This document shows, piece after piece, positions 26,021 through 39,879 of a stretch of DNA of 64,000 bases; the stretch's first letter is position 1; every line of letters begins with the position of its first letter. The notes under the pieces are model-generated. The model ran no database searches. It saw only the letters and a program-made list of their open reading frames with translations, and was not told where the DNA came from. This stretch comes from Callorhinchus milii (lineage: Eukaryota): positions 73,906,001 through 73,970,000 of the forward strand of contig NW_024704742.1 of assembly GCF_018977255.1 (NCBI RefSeq). The letters run 5' to 3'. A program made the translations under genes and the position numbers.

Positions 26021-28337
26021 CGATAAAAATTATGAGAGAGTGATTCCAAGCAAATTAGAGCAAACAGGAAAATCCAGAAATATGGAATAAAATGATTGAT
26101 GGAAGTAATTTTCAACTCCGGACAGATAAAACAAAGACATTCTAGGCAGTAATGCTGATCTCAGGGGCTTTCCTAATAAGATGAATCACTTGTTTATATC
26201 CTGGGAGGCAAAAACCCTTGCAACCAATCAATAATATAGGAATAAAGTAAATAAATTGAAGTGTGGAGAGTTACATTTTGCAGTAGCTTCTTCACAGTGG
26301 ACCTACAGCACTCAAATAAGCCGTTTGGTACAATTATTCCACTCAATTGCCTTCACTCCACATGTGCCTCCAGCCATCTCTAACCTCTACAGAAATGTGG
26401 GTATTGTATTTTAAATGAAAGTGGCTCAGCCAACTAATGGCTTTTATAATATTTTTTAAAATGCAAATAGCCAGGCTCAGCTGATAGCACTTTTGTCTCT
26501 GAGTCAAAAGGGTGTGGATCCAAGCTCCACATCAACACTTTGAGCTCATGATCTAGTCTTTTTGTTTGCAAGATTCACAAAATGACAAATTACGAATGTC
26601 ACAAATTGAGACTCCAACATTGTCAATCTTTACCGAAAAAGGCGTTCACTGGCTCGGCACAATTCAGTATATGTGACGTTTGATCTACTACCAATTCAAA
26701 TCATACTCTTGTGTGTAGAATGTTTAATTGCAGCCATAAAATTGGATCAAATACTCCCATGCAGTGCTGGGGATGAGCTGCATTGTCAGATGAGATGTTA
26801 AACTAAGGTCCCATCTCCCTGATGAGGTGGATATTAAAGATCCCACGGTACTATTCAAAAAGAGAAGGGAGTTTCTTCCTGATATCCCGGCCAGCAATCT
26901 TACTTCATTGACTGTTTCAAAGACACTGCTGTGAGCCAACTGGCTAACATGGCAAATACATATACACAGTCACCACACTTCACAGTAAAATCCTTTGAAG
27001 CACATTGTGGCATCTCGATCACATAATAAGGTGAGGATTACTACAATCTCAAACCTGGAAATACAAGTATGCCTTAATTTACTCCCCAAAACATTGAATG
27101 TGTAATATTTGTAAACTGGATACTTTGTATTAATTGTACCTTCAAGGTAGCAAATATTGAAAAACTTTGTGTTTGCCAGATTCACAAAATGACAAATTAG
27201 GAATGTCACAAATTGAGACGCCAATGTTGTTGACCTTTACAGAAAGAGGCATTCACTGGCTCGGGACAATCAGGTTTTGAGGTGTAGTGTATGTGATGTT
27301 TGACCTACTACCAATTCAAATCATATTGTTTTGTGTATTACTTTTAATTGCAGCCATACAATTGGATCAAATACTTTTGAGTTGCTGAGCAATCTACAAT
27401 GCAGTTTGAACAACAAAGTAGAATAAGTATATATAAGTCTCAACATTCCACCTTGTATCCGTTCTTTAAACCTGACATTTTAAGACATTCTCCTGATATA
27501 AAAGGCACTATATAAATGCACTGTATTGCAATTGCATTGTATACATTAACTTCAGTGGTTATGTGTTTTGTTTAGGAGTACAGGTTTGTATGTTTGACTT
27601 GCACCAATGATATCGTGTATAAACCTGTGCATTAGATACAGTTCCAGGCAAGTTCCCAAGTGTTGATAACATCAGGAAACTCAACTCTATGATTTATTGT
27701 GTAATTTAGTTTTCCTACTCTAAAATAAGGTCAAAGTAATAACACATCTTCCACGTGCACCATAGTAATTTTTAGATGAATGAATCATGGCAAAGATTTA
27801 TAGAGATGATAAAGTTTGATGGGAGTGGCAGCGAGCGACAATACTGAACATTGAGAGTCATTGAAACTGTGAGAGTGAAACTCCAGGACAATGAGAGCCA
27901 TTTCGCCCACAAAATACACAGACAATTCACTTTACAGTATATTGTGTGCAGCGCTTTGAGACGTCTCGGAGATATCATAAAACACTATATCTAATGGAAG
28001 GATTATTATTAGTATTGAAACTGTGAGAGTGAAACTCCAGGAATTTTGTTTGTCAACTGAACTGGGACTGAATTACTATCCGCAATCTTCTGCACTCACC
28101 CAGTCTGTCTCTACTGTACTTCGCTCCATCCCACATTTCCATGATGATGCAAAAGGTTACAAAATTTCACAAGAATTGGTGATATTGATACCACAGACTA
28201 TATTATTACTTGTTGGAACTTTTAGCAATTTCCACAGGAACGTCTCAGGCGTTCTGAGGCCTTAAATGATAATAATAATAATCTTTGCATTTCATATAGC
28301 ACCTTATCAAGTCTTCCGTAACGTCTCACAGAGCTTC

Positions 28338-29135
28338 AACAACAACAACAACAACAAGATTCCATTTATAAAGCGCCTTTCACGTCAGGAGGACGTCCCA
28401 AGGCGCTGCAGTTGGGTCATGACCCGAGCAGGGGGGAAATGGTCAGGGTGAGGGGAGGGAAGGGAGGGAGCGAGGAGGGGGGAAATGGTCAGGGTGAGGG
28501 GAGGGAAGGGAGGGGGCGAGGAGGGGGAAGAGAGTTGAGAGGGGAGCTGAAGGCACGGTCAAAGAGAAAGGTCTTGAGACCGGCCTTGAAGGAGGAAAGG
28601 GTGGAGGCGGCGAAGGCACTGGGGGATGGAGTTCCAGAGCCTCGGGGCTGAGAGGCTGAAGGCCCGGCCACCGATGGTAGGGCGGTTGGGGCGGGGGATG
28701 TGGAGCAGACCAGAGCCAGAGGAACGGAGGGTACGGGCAGGTAGGTAGGGGGATAGTAGGTTGGAGAGGTAGGAGGGAGCGAGGCCGTGAATGGCCTTGT
28801 AGGTGAGGATGAGGATCTTGAAATCAATCCTCTGGGGGATGGGGAGCCAGTGGAGGTGAGCGAGGGTGGGAGTGATGTGGTCGCGGTGTCTGGTGCGGGA
28901 CAGTACACGAGCTGCAGAGTTCTGAATGACCTGCAGTGTGGAGGGAGGTGGCGGGAAGGCCGGCGAGGAGAGAGTTCCCATAGTCCAGCCTTGAGGTGAC
29001 AAAGGCGTGGACCAGGGTTTCAGCAGCGTGAGGGGTGAGGTAGTGCCGTAGTCTGGCGATGTTCCGAAGGTGATGGAAGGCGGTGCCAGTTGTAGTGCGG
29101 ATGTGAGGGAGAAAGGACAGCTCAGGGTCGAACAA
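28338..29135 (-). mobile_element. L2 LINE 3' portion, with a short internal duplication at 28432-28515
   Basis: HAFVTSRLDYGNSLL and HWLPI motifs; (AAC)n on plus strand; CpG retained, so relatively young. Confidence 0.9.
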
Positions 29136-29139
29136 AAGG

Positions 29140-29360
29140 GTTCACAGAATATACTGTAAAGTGAATTGACTGTATATTTTATGGGGGAAAAGCGGCAGCC
29201 AATTGTGCACAGCAATGTCCCACAAACAGTCGTGGATTGAGTGACCTCTGGAAAAACGATCTGCGAATCGACTAACAACCGGGTTCCTATTTACTGCGAG
29301 GTAAACAGAGGCATGTGGAGTAAGAAAACTTGCCCAACATTTTGCTCTCCGGGAATTCAA
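29140..29360 (-). mobile_element. tRNA-derived SINE fragment
   Basis: Body homology with 23000-23230. Confidence 0.8.
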
Positions 29361-29399
29361 CAAATAGTCCCCATTCCTAGCTTTTAAGACTTTTCTTAT

Positions 29400-29905
29400 G
29401 AATTTAAGATGGAACCAAATGTTCGAGTCCTCTTTAATCTATCCTGTTCATCTTTGCAATCTACAACCTTCATTAGCTTTGTGTCATCTGCAAATTTAGC
29501 CACTGTGCTTGTGACTCATGGCTTCAGATCATTTATGATGATGTTAAATAAAAGAGGTCCCAACACAGTCCCCTGTGGAACTCCACTGGTATCATTCTCC
29601 CAGCCCGATGACATTCCCTGTACCACCACCCTCTGGGTCTATCAGTCAGCCAATTACGTATCCATTGTAAGATACTTCCTCTGATTCCCACTTTCTTTGT
29701 TTTCAGTACCAGCCTTTCAAGAGAAACTGTACCAAAGGCCTTACTGAAATCCAGATATACAACATATACTGCCTTATCCTTATCAATCTCCTTGCCACAC
29801 TGTTAAAAAAAAACAAATCAGTTTGGCAGGATCTCCCTTTTAATAAACCCAAATTGGCTATCTTTTATCATTTTGTTACTATCCAGATGCTCCTTGATCT
29901 TATTT
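29400..29905 (-). mobile_element. CR1 LINE RT fragment
   Basis: Reverse complement encodes YLDFSKAF, SGVPQG, KFADDTKL. Confidence 0.88.
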
Positions 29906-32324
29906 TTAATAAGAAAATTTGGAAGCTGATATAAATTACAAGTGAACTTTTAGCATTTTTCATAATTCAGTGCAACTGTAATACAGGACATGAAAAACAG
30001 TGGAACTTCCCAACCCTTAAGATGTCACCTCAATTTAGGTATATAATATCCAACCAAAGTCCATCTCAGCCAAAGCATGCAAGGTGCACATTTTGCTCTG
30101 TTAAGTTATGCAAAGATGTATAAAGTTCACATTTTTAACCATTCAGTAGACCAACAAGGTAACAATGTGGTCAGCTTCCTCAAGTCCTGAGCTCTGCTCA
30201 GTAACTCAGGCCTGCTGTGCGTGTCCCACCTTCTGAGCCTTATAATAATAATAATCCATGCATTTGATGTATCACTTGATCACCTTGTTCAGACTGCTCA
30301 AAGTGCTTCACAGGATTTATTGTAAAGTGGATGGACTGTGTATTTTGTGAGCGGAACGCTACAGCCAGTTGCACAAAGCAATGTCCCACAAACAGCCATA
30401 AAGTGAGTGACCAATTTTATTTGGGGGATTTGTTGGCTAGGGCACCAGGAGATACTCCCTTCTCTTTTTGAACAGTGCCATGGAATCTTTCACGTCCACC
30501 TGAACAGGCAGATGAGACCTCGGTTTAACGTCCGAAGGGCAGTATCTCAGACAATGCAACATCCTCCCCCACCCCACCCCACCAGCAAGGCATTGGAGTG
30601 TCAGCTTAGACAATGTGTTTACAAATCCCAACATGGGGCTTGAACCCATAACCTTCTGACTCAGAGGCGATAATGTCTTCAGTTATGATACACCCTAACC
30701 TCTGGAGCTCCTCCCTGTACCCCTCCATATAGCCTCCCCCTCTATCGGTCTGTAAATTCCACCTAGAAGCACATCTCTTTGAGCACAGCTACTCCACCCT
30801 CCCTTCTCCCTTGCTTATCATCCAAGCCAGTCCTTGTGAAGAGTTCCAAGACTGTAACCTATGTGAAGGGCACTCTGTAAATACAAGTAGTAATTAATGA
30901 CTGGACAGGTTACCAGGGGGGTGGTTGTGTCCAGGACACTTGATACAATATTTAAGAAACAGCTTGATGCTATGCTGGGAGATGGTAGGACAGGTATTGT
31001 GGAAGGAAGAAGGATAAGATTAAATGGGCCAAAGGGCCTCCATTCAAATTACTCATCATCTGCAACCACACCACTGCCTACAAAATTCTGTGAAGCACTT
31101 CCTGTAAATCCTATGAAGCACTCCCAATGTGAAATATGCTAAACCAAATGCAAGGATTATTATTATTATTATTATCGAGTGATTTCTTTCAAGGTCCACC
31201 TCAAGACCTTCCGCGTTGACTGTGCTTTTGGCCATCTTCCCTCGCACCCACCCCATCCTTTGCCCACCTCCATCCTTTCAGCTCCCACCCCCAGCTTAGA
31301 CTGTCCATCGCCTTCAAACATCCTCCAACGTGAAAGGCGCTGTATAAATGTAATTTTTGTTTTCTGATGGTGGGTTCACCATGGCTATAACAGATACATA
31401 CAGGTGGGAAAGGGTGAGTTGGGAGGGGAGTAGTTTAGGGAACTGATACCAAGCGTTTGGTACCCACAAGACCAGGTTTTAACCCTCAGGATGCTAAATA
31501 CAGCTTGAGTTTTGCTTGCAGACCATGTCTGTCTTTGATTATTTTAATCCCAACATTCACTACAACATTTACAGCAGATTTAAACTGGAGAGCTTTGTAA
31601 GTTCCTCAACATATGCCTTCCATTATAATCCTTGTATTTGATGCTTGACATCAAATGGAATGCCTTCCGTTCTAGCTCACAATAAATAGCCTCAGTAAAC
31701 TCTCCTCTGAGCAGTAAATAATTTATTATTTCCCTAATGGACTGTGTTATAGTTGGCAAATGATCGGAAGAATATTTGAAACTTCTGACTGTTAAGAAGA
31801 ATGAAAATTGTACCAATTTGGTGACTCAGCTCGCAATGTTTCTCCTAATATGAAAATGTCTGCATTTCTGTAGAGTATAATTTGTCTCCATGGAATGATC
31901 ACAATAGATTTTTCAATGAGCTTCAATCTGCAAACTCAGCTCATTGAAGCTCACTTGTACACGTTAGTATGGAATTTGTTTACTCAGCCATCTGGATTCT
32001 TTCATATGCATCTTGTGTCTAAGTATTTATACACCCATAAACAGCTTGTTATTTCACATGCATGGATTACCAAAACTACAACAGGTACATAGTCTAGTTT
32101 GACTACACCTTATGTTTCTAAGAGCCATCATTTCATAATTTGGGATCCGAAATTGCAGGTTGAGCTAATGGCTAATAGCTAATAGTTATTGTTGGTCTGC
32201 TACACTGGAAATATATGAGAAATTACTCTGGACAAGAGACTTTCACATGTGATGCATATGTTGACATAGATACCTGATCTTTGAATAATTTCGAAGCTTT
32301 ATTCCTATTGACTGCACAGGGGAG

Positions 32325-33260
32325 CAAAGGGAACTGTAGCAATGCAGTTGTCATAGGGGATTCGTTAATCAAGGGGATAGACAGGCAATTCTGCAACCAC
32401 AGACAACAACAACAACTTGCATTTATAAAGCGCCCTTCATGCAGGGTAGCATCCCAGAGCACTTCACAGTGGTGGGGTCTGACCATGAGCCAAGGGCAGA
32501 AGTTACTCTCACATGGTGTGTTGTATCCCTGATGCCAGGGTAGAGGATGTCACAGAATGGATGCAGAGTATTCTGCGGGGGGCAGGGGAACAGACAGAAG
32601 TCATGGTCCAGTTTGGAACTAATGACATAGCAACGAAAATGATTAAGGTCCGACAGGCAGAGTTTTGGGAACTAGGGAGGAGACTAAAGAGCAGGAACTC
32701 AAACATGATAATCTCTGGATTACTCCTAGTGCCATGTGCTAGTGCATATACGAACAACAAGATAAAGCATATCAATATGTATCTGGAGAAAAGGTACAAG
32801 AAGGAGGGCTTCAGATTCCTGGGTGAGTTCTGGAGGGGGCTGGGACCCATGTCCTCGCAGGGAGGATGACGAGTACTGTAGGGGAGGGTTTAAACTAATT
32901 TGGCAGGGGGAAGGAAACAGGGTGTAACTTCAGAGAGGAAAAACAAGGAACTTAGAGGACTGGGAGAGACAAACAAACTATACGACAGTATATAGTTTGG
33001 GACATGACATATCAAGTGACTGCCAGGGTGGTGGAAGGCGAACTAGATGGACCTTGGTCTTCTTTCGTCCAGCAAATTCTTATGTTTTTATCTCAATAAA
33101 AGCTTTCAAAAGGGAATTGGATAGGTACTGAAAAAGGAAGAATTTGCAGGGTTATGGAGTAAGAGCAGGGAATGGGACTAGTTGGTAGCTCTTTCACAGA
33201 GATGGCACAGGCACAATGGACCAAATGACCTCCTTCTGTGCTGTAAGATTCTATGATTTA
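32325..33260 (+). mobile_element. CR1 ORF1 (SGNH esterase-like) remnant followed by two CR1 3' tails
   Basis: VVIGDSLIKG and VQFGTND motifs; 32988-33088 matches the tail at 58248-58345. Confidence 0.75.
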
Positions 33261-33994
33261 TACAAACACCCGGGGACCAGATTGGCATGACTGCAGTGAC
33301 ACAGTTGTTCCACATAACCTTTCTACAATTGTTTAGCTCATACATGTATTTAGAACAGTGCTTTTGAAAGCCTCTGGAAAGCTTAGATACAATACAATAA
33401 TACACATTGCACCCTTCACATCCAGAGGACAATCCAAAGCGCTGGATGGGTACCCAAGCTGGGAGTGGGAGCCAAGGTGCGTAGGGAGGGGAAAGATGAC
33501 AAAGAGCAGTTAAAGAGATACATTTTGAGCTCTGCCTTGAAAGAGGGGAAGAAGATAGCAAAGCTATGAAGCACAAGCTGTCTACTGTGGGTTCATCTTA
33601 CCTAGTAACAGGAAGAAGAATGATTGCCACCAGAAAGTGATTGCTTCACCTCTGGTTGTTGGGAGAGGAAGAATAAAAGGTGATTTTTTTTACCACAAAG
33701 CAGTTGTGAACATGGCTACATAGAAGCTATTTCATAATAAAGGAGGATTCAAATCAGTATGTAGAAGAAAAAAGGAAATAGAAACCTCTTTAAATCTCAT
33801 GCTCAGTGGCCAGAATCTATTGCAAACGAGTTTCCCAACATAAACTGGAGATTACAATTGGAAGCGGAGTATTACAAATGCAGCCTTCCTCACTTTGAGA
33901 CTACAGAAATACACGGTCACTACACTTTACAGTGAATGTTGTAAAGTGCTTTAAGACATCCTCCTGATGTGAAAGGCGCTACTTCAAATATACG

Positions 33995-34318
33995 TCCCGT
34001 GGATTAGTGGTCATAGCGTTCGCCTCGCAAGCAAGAGGACCTGGGTTTGATTCCCGGGCAGGGTGAAACATTGTTACTCCACACACCTGTGTTTTCCAGC
34101 AGTAAGTAGGAACCCGATTGCTAGTCAATTAGCGGATCGTTTTTCTGGGAGTAATAATCCTTTCAAAAAAAACAAAAAACACTGCTGTGCGCAATTGGCT
34201 GCCGTGCTTCACCCATAAAATATACAGGCCATTCACTTTACAGTATATTCTGTGAAGTTCTTTGAGACGTCTAGAAGACATGATAAGGCGCTATATCAAT
34301 GGAAGTATTATTATTATA
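33995..34318 (+). mobile_element. tRNA-Ala-derived SINE
   Basis: Head, body and (ATT)n tail. Confidence 0.85.
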
Positions 34319-35629
34319 TGGAATTTTATTATTTTATTGAGACTCAACCAGCTATTGATGCCTATGTATTCATCCAATCAAGAAGTGGAGAATCTATAAT
34401 AAATTACTAGATATAAATGGAATAAGATTTCAGAGGGAAAAAAAGATCAGACTAAACAGCAAGGAATTTAAATGGAGCACAATTCATTTATACTTTGTGA
34501 CACACTTCAAAACTGCACAGGCCCAAACAAGTGAGAGTAAACCAATTGAATATCATACATATTGATATCATACTCTTGCAACAACGTTTTCTTCAATACC
34601 AGAAATATTTATTTCCTAATATTTTCTAGTTATTGCCGTTACCATTGTTTTGACTTTGGATTAAAATGCATCTTGAAACTTTTTTTTTATAAATTGCTCT
34701 TCCTCAAAAAAGGATCTAGAAAACGTTCCAAGCAAACAATATTCTAGAGATAACTAAAAATATGGTGTCAACCGTTTAACTCGTGGGAAGACAATTCTGC
34801 ACAAGGTTCAAAATGATCTTTGGCCCATTTTATCTCATTTTATCCAAGTACGCAACCTTTCCATTACAATGTAAAGTCACTCTTCCTAGTAATCCAATAT
34901 CCAAGGCTCCCTCTCGTGATTTAGAAGCAAGATAAAGAATGTGTTTCTTTTGTGTTGCATTTCACACATGTTTGCGAATGTTTTTTTTCTGAACACTCAT
35001 ACACTCTGCAAAATAGTAACTCACCCACATAATAAATATCAGGTGCTTTTTGGGGGACTCTTGGTGAGGTGACCTGGTAAAATAATGCAATCATTTTTTA
35101 TTTTCCCTTTGACAAATTTTCCCCTCTTCCCCTTTCCCTACAACGATGAACACTGGTTACCCTGATATCCCTTTCCTTCTTCTGAGGTTACAGTTCAACA
35201 GGAATCTCAGCTATTCTTCATGTGTGTGTCTTAGCAGTGAATAGCAACAGGCTGCTCAGCCATTAGAGCCATAGAAGGGCTATCCCATTCTTTCCTTGCC
35301 TGGCATATCTACACTTGCACATGGAAAGGAGAGATGACTGAAATTTTGCAGTTGATTTTCCTATCCGAATCATAGTCGCCTGGCTGGGATCAGCTAATTT
35401 GAGGTCAACAATTAAAAATGAATATAAGTACAGAAGTCGCTGGGAACACCCAGCAGGTCAGGCAGCTTCCATGGAGAGAGGAAAATTAGTTAACGTTTCA
35501 GGTCAGTGATGCTTAATCAAAAATGAATCGCTTTGGCTTAGCACCGGATAAACCCGCTGAGCCACAAGGCAAAGCTCGACTGATTTTAGGTTACATTTAG
35601 GTTACCCGGACTAAACTCCATACCAATAT

Positions 35630-36062
35630 CTCACCAGTTCTGGTCAGGCTCCACTGGTTCTCCATCACCGAACGGATCAACTTCAAGATCCTCACACCCG
35701 TGTTCAAACCCCTTCACTCTCTGGCACCTCACAACCTCTCCGACCTCATCACTCCCCAATCCACCACCCAGTGCCTCCTCTCAACTGGCATCAGTCTTCT
35801 GCTCATCCCTCGCACCCTCTGCCCCACCATTGGAGGTCGCGCTTTCAGCCACTACACCCCAAAACTCTGGAACACTCTCCCTCAATCCCTCCGCCTTGCC
35901 CCCTCTCTCCCCTTTTTCAAGTTCTGCCTGAAAACCTTCCTTTTCAACCGTGCTCATGGCCACCTCCCCCTCCCCCGGCTCAGAGTCAGGCTCCGCCACT
36001 GTTAAGCGCTCTTGAGACGCTACCCTGTGTGGAGGGCACTATCTAAGTGTGAGTTGTTGTTG
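35630..36062 (+). mobile_element. L2 3' end
   Basis: GGRAFS, PKLWNTLP, LKTFLF motifs; (GTT)n tail. Confidence 0.85.
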
Positions 36063-37140
36063 TACATTGGAATACATGGTACATATTTTACTGGTCCTCA
36101 AGGTTTATATTCAGCGTAATGGGTTTGGTACCAATGTCAGCTAAACACTTATTTCTAGGCTCCCGTATACCCTGCACACCACTGTTAAATTTCAGAAAAC
36201 AGTATACGTTAATCATGAGTCATGGAGTTAGTTTCTGCAAATTACTAGCAATTTGAGTGCTACAAGAATATAATAGAATAGTATTTTGAGTATTGCCCTC
36301 ATCTATACACCCTCACACCCTTACAGTGCCTTGTCTCTGTGATCTTCCCCTTCCCCCCCACCCCTTCTGCTCCCCCATCTGCTTGGCTGATTTGGACCTG
36401 CTGTACATCTCCTGCCCATTATCCCCCCCCCCCCACCCTAACAAGAGTATCCAAAATCTACTTCTCCAATTCTACAGAAACCTCCCCCCCCCCCGCCTTT
36501 CCTCAGCTCCAACTGCATCTTTGTGAAGTGCTTTAACACGTTATACAAAAACACCAACGACAACAACTTGAATTTATAAACACCCTTCACACAGAGCAGC
36601 ATCTCGGAGCACTCTACTATGTGAAGTGTGCTACATAAATGCAAGTTGCTGCTGTAAGAAGGAAGTATATTTCCTTTCCTATCAGGGACAGCTGTCGAAG
36701 GTTAAACAAAAGTGAGATGCACATTCTCTTTTTGCAGCTTGTTACTTCAGGCCTAATGCTAAAAATACAGTATGTATCTTTCAATAAGCCAGACAGTCAA
36801 TGATTCAGGCTAGATATCAATTATTCCCTCCACAAAAATGCCATTTCCCTTCATGTCAATCCTATTAACAAGAATCTAAAATGGAAACAAAATGTTCTAA
36901 AAGGCTGATAAAGCTTCCACATGAAAGTACTCAGCATTTTAATATATTCATTTCACATAGATATTATTCCACATGAAGGATACTAACCAACTCCATCTGT
37001 GGCAATCATGCAGTAGAATGAGTAATTCACATGTGGGCTAGATGAAATATTCAACTGTATAATGTTCAATTGTAATTGCACCCAGTATCTAGCATATTAA
37101 CAACCTCGACATTACCACAGAAAAAGAAAAATACCACCCG

Positions 37141-37657
37141 ACAACAACAATAACAAAATTACATTTGTATAGCGCCTTTCACGTCGGGAGGATGTTCCAA
37201 GGCTCTGGACAGACAGAGTTACGGACCCGAGCTGGGGGTCAAGGTGGGGGAGGGTGGAGGGCAGGGGGGAAGTAGGGAGATCAAAAGGAGGTCAAAGAGG
37301 AGGGTCTTGAGATGGGTCTTGAAGGTGGCGAGGCAGAGGGACTGTGTGATGGAGTTCCAGAGGGTGGGGGCAGAGTGGCGGAAGGCATGCCCGCCAATAG
37401 TGCGGCAAGCAAGGCGGCGGACGTGAAGCAGACCGGAGCCGGCTGAGCGGAGGGAGCGAACAGTAAAGGGTTAGGAGGTCAGAGAGGTAGGGGGGAGCAA
37501 GACCATGGAGGGCTTTGAAGGTGAGGTCCAGGATCTTGAACTGTATCCTCTGTGTAATGGGAAGCCGGTGGAGTTGGGCAAGGATGGGGGTGATATGGTC
37601 GCGGAGAAGACATAGGCTGCAGAGTTCTGGATGATCTGCAGCCTATGGAGGGAGGAG
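37141..37657 (-). mobile_element. L2 3' fragment
   Basis: Reverse homologue of 9110-9628. Confidence 0.85.
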
Positions 37658-39671
37658 TATAACTTCATAAAGCAAAAAAAAGACTGTTAAATATCAAGTG
37701 TGTGTGTGCAGAGACCATAAAATGACTCAGCTCATTCAGAAATGACTGTTGGGTGTTGCTTAGTCTGTTATATCTGTGATAATCAGATATACAGCCAACT
37801 GCTGAAAAACAATTGTAAAAACTGAATACACTCCAGGGCCAGCACTGGGATCTTCATAACAACTAATAATTGTTTAGGCTCAGGGTTGGGAAGGGGAGCT
37901 AGGTTGAGTTTACTGATACTGGAGGGGGGGAGCAGGAGAGGGGGGAAGAGGACCAAAATGTACCAGGGAGGAGAGGGTGAGTTTATCCAAGGTTCAGTAA
38001 GTGCTGGGGGAAGGGGGCAAAATGGCCGAGTTTCAATGGGAACCAAGTCAATTCTATAAGTACAATTATTCTTACCTAATCTGCCTACAATGAAGCTCTG
38101 TCTTGCTCCAGTTCACACTGATTTACACAGCACATTCACACGGAGTGATGCATACATGTGCAATGAACTTTTCTTCCATCCCCACGAGAAGCTCCAATTT
38201 CTGTCCACTGGCAGAGTTGCGGATTTGACTGACATAACAGAGGCAGGCTGCGAGGGATCCTTACGGAGAGTGAGTGGGAAGCATTTGGTAGCATTCCCTT
38301 AATAATAATGATAAATCTTTGCTGGTGGGGGGGAGCGGGGGCTTGTAGTTACATCTCTGTAGCCGTGAAAGCCTGAGATCCTCAATAGCAAAATATATTA
38401 GTTTCCTGCCTTCGAGGTACATAAGTATAGAATAATTTACTTTATTGAATTCCTCTAATTTGCAACTTCCCACTGTGTTTGATTAGCTTTGATAACGGCT
38501 GCTTCACGTTAGGGTCTAAAAGCACCACTGTGTTACCTCCAGCTGTAGCAGCCTCTCCTGACTATCAGAAATAACTTACAAGATGTTATGTTTGAATAAA
38601 CCAGCTAATAGTAGACATCAGTTCCAGTTGACTGTAGATTTGCTGAGTGTAAATCTGCGGTCACCTGCCAATTTTATCTTTTTCTCCTCTCCTGACGTCA
38701 ATAACTCTTTTCTGTCGTATGATTCTATGAGGAGAGAGTGACCTTCAGTACCTGCCCATACTGCCCATTCTCAGAATATCATATAATCTGGGCATTATAT
38801 GTCAGCAGACTGCTTGATCGGGGGCATCACAGCCGATTCCCATCCACACACGTAGTAATAATAATACTTGCATTTGATATAGTGCCCTATCACGTCTTTG
38901 AGACGTCTCAAAGCACTTCTCATGCACTTTCCAGTTGGGGGTCAATGGATGTTTAGGGAAAACAGGGCATTCCCCCTCCCGAGCATAGCAGCCTTGAGGC
39001 CAATTGTCGTGCTGACCAAAGCTAACTCAGCACACAGCGCAGCAGGCATGGAATGGCTCAGCTGCGTGGTCTCCACAAGGTTTTGGAAGAATTTCAAACC
39101 AAAATAAAATTCCTTGCATTTGATACAGTGCTTTATCAGGTCAATACCTCTCAAAGCACTTCACACCGAGTTTTCCGTGAGATAAAGTGACTGTATTTGT
39201 AACCCGGCATCCAATGTGCACACAGTGATGTCCCACAAACAGACGTGAGGTGAGCGAGCAATTTTATCTGAGGGATTGTTGGACTTCCTTCCCTTTTGAA
39301 TAGTGACATGCAGATGGGACCTCGGTTTAACCTCTCTGTAGGATGGCGCCTCTGACAATGTGGCACCTTCCCAGCGCTGCACTGAAATATCAGCCCAGAC
39401 ACTTCTGTGTTCATCCATAGCTTCCCACCATCCTCATTTGCAAGATCATAAGCAGGTCCTCCATACACCAGGGTCATCGTTTTTTCTTATTACGGGACAA
39501 GCGCCGGGGCGGTGGGACGAGTCGGTAGCTCTTCCAGAGCCGGCCCAGGTACCGTGGGCCGAATGGCCTCCTTCTGTGCTGTAAGATTCTATGATCCTCT
39601 GACTGGACCTTGATGGTGACTCGGCAGAACTGCTCTGGGTTTGATACCACAGGCACAGAGCACAAGCCCGA

Positions 39672-39832
39672 GCTGCCAGCCTGTGCCGGTCTGTGCCGGC
39701 CTGTGCCGGCCTGTGCCGGCCTGTGCCAGTCTGTGTCGGGCTCTGCCGGCCTGTGCCAGCCTGTGCCGGGCTCTGCCAGCCTGTGCCAGCCTGTGCCGGG
39801 CTCTGCCAGCCTGTGCCAGTCTGTGCCAGCCT
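39672..39832 (+). repeat. 10-bp minisatellite (CTGTGCCRGC)n
   Basis: Directly visible tandem decamers. Confidence 0.95.
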
Positions 39833-39879
39833 CAGCAGCACTGCCACTCACAGGGAAAGGTGCCCACACTCAGCAGCTC

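Noticed and set aside
38112..38269. Possible plus-strand exon (ctccAG|...|GTGAGT)
   Set aside because: No recognisable homology, and in the listed ORF frame it ends in phase 0, which does not fit the phase-1 DGKQ exon at 44119.
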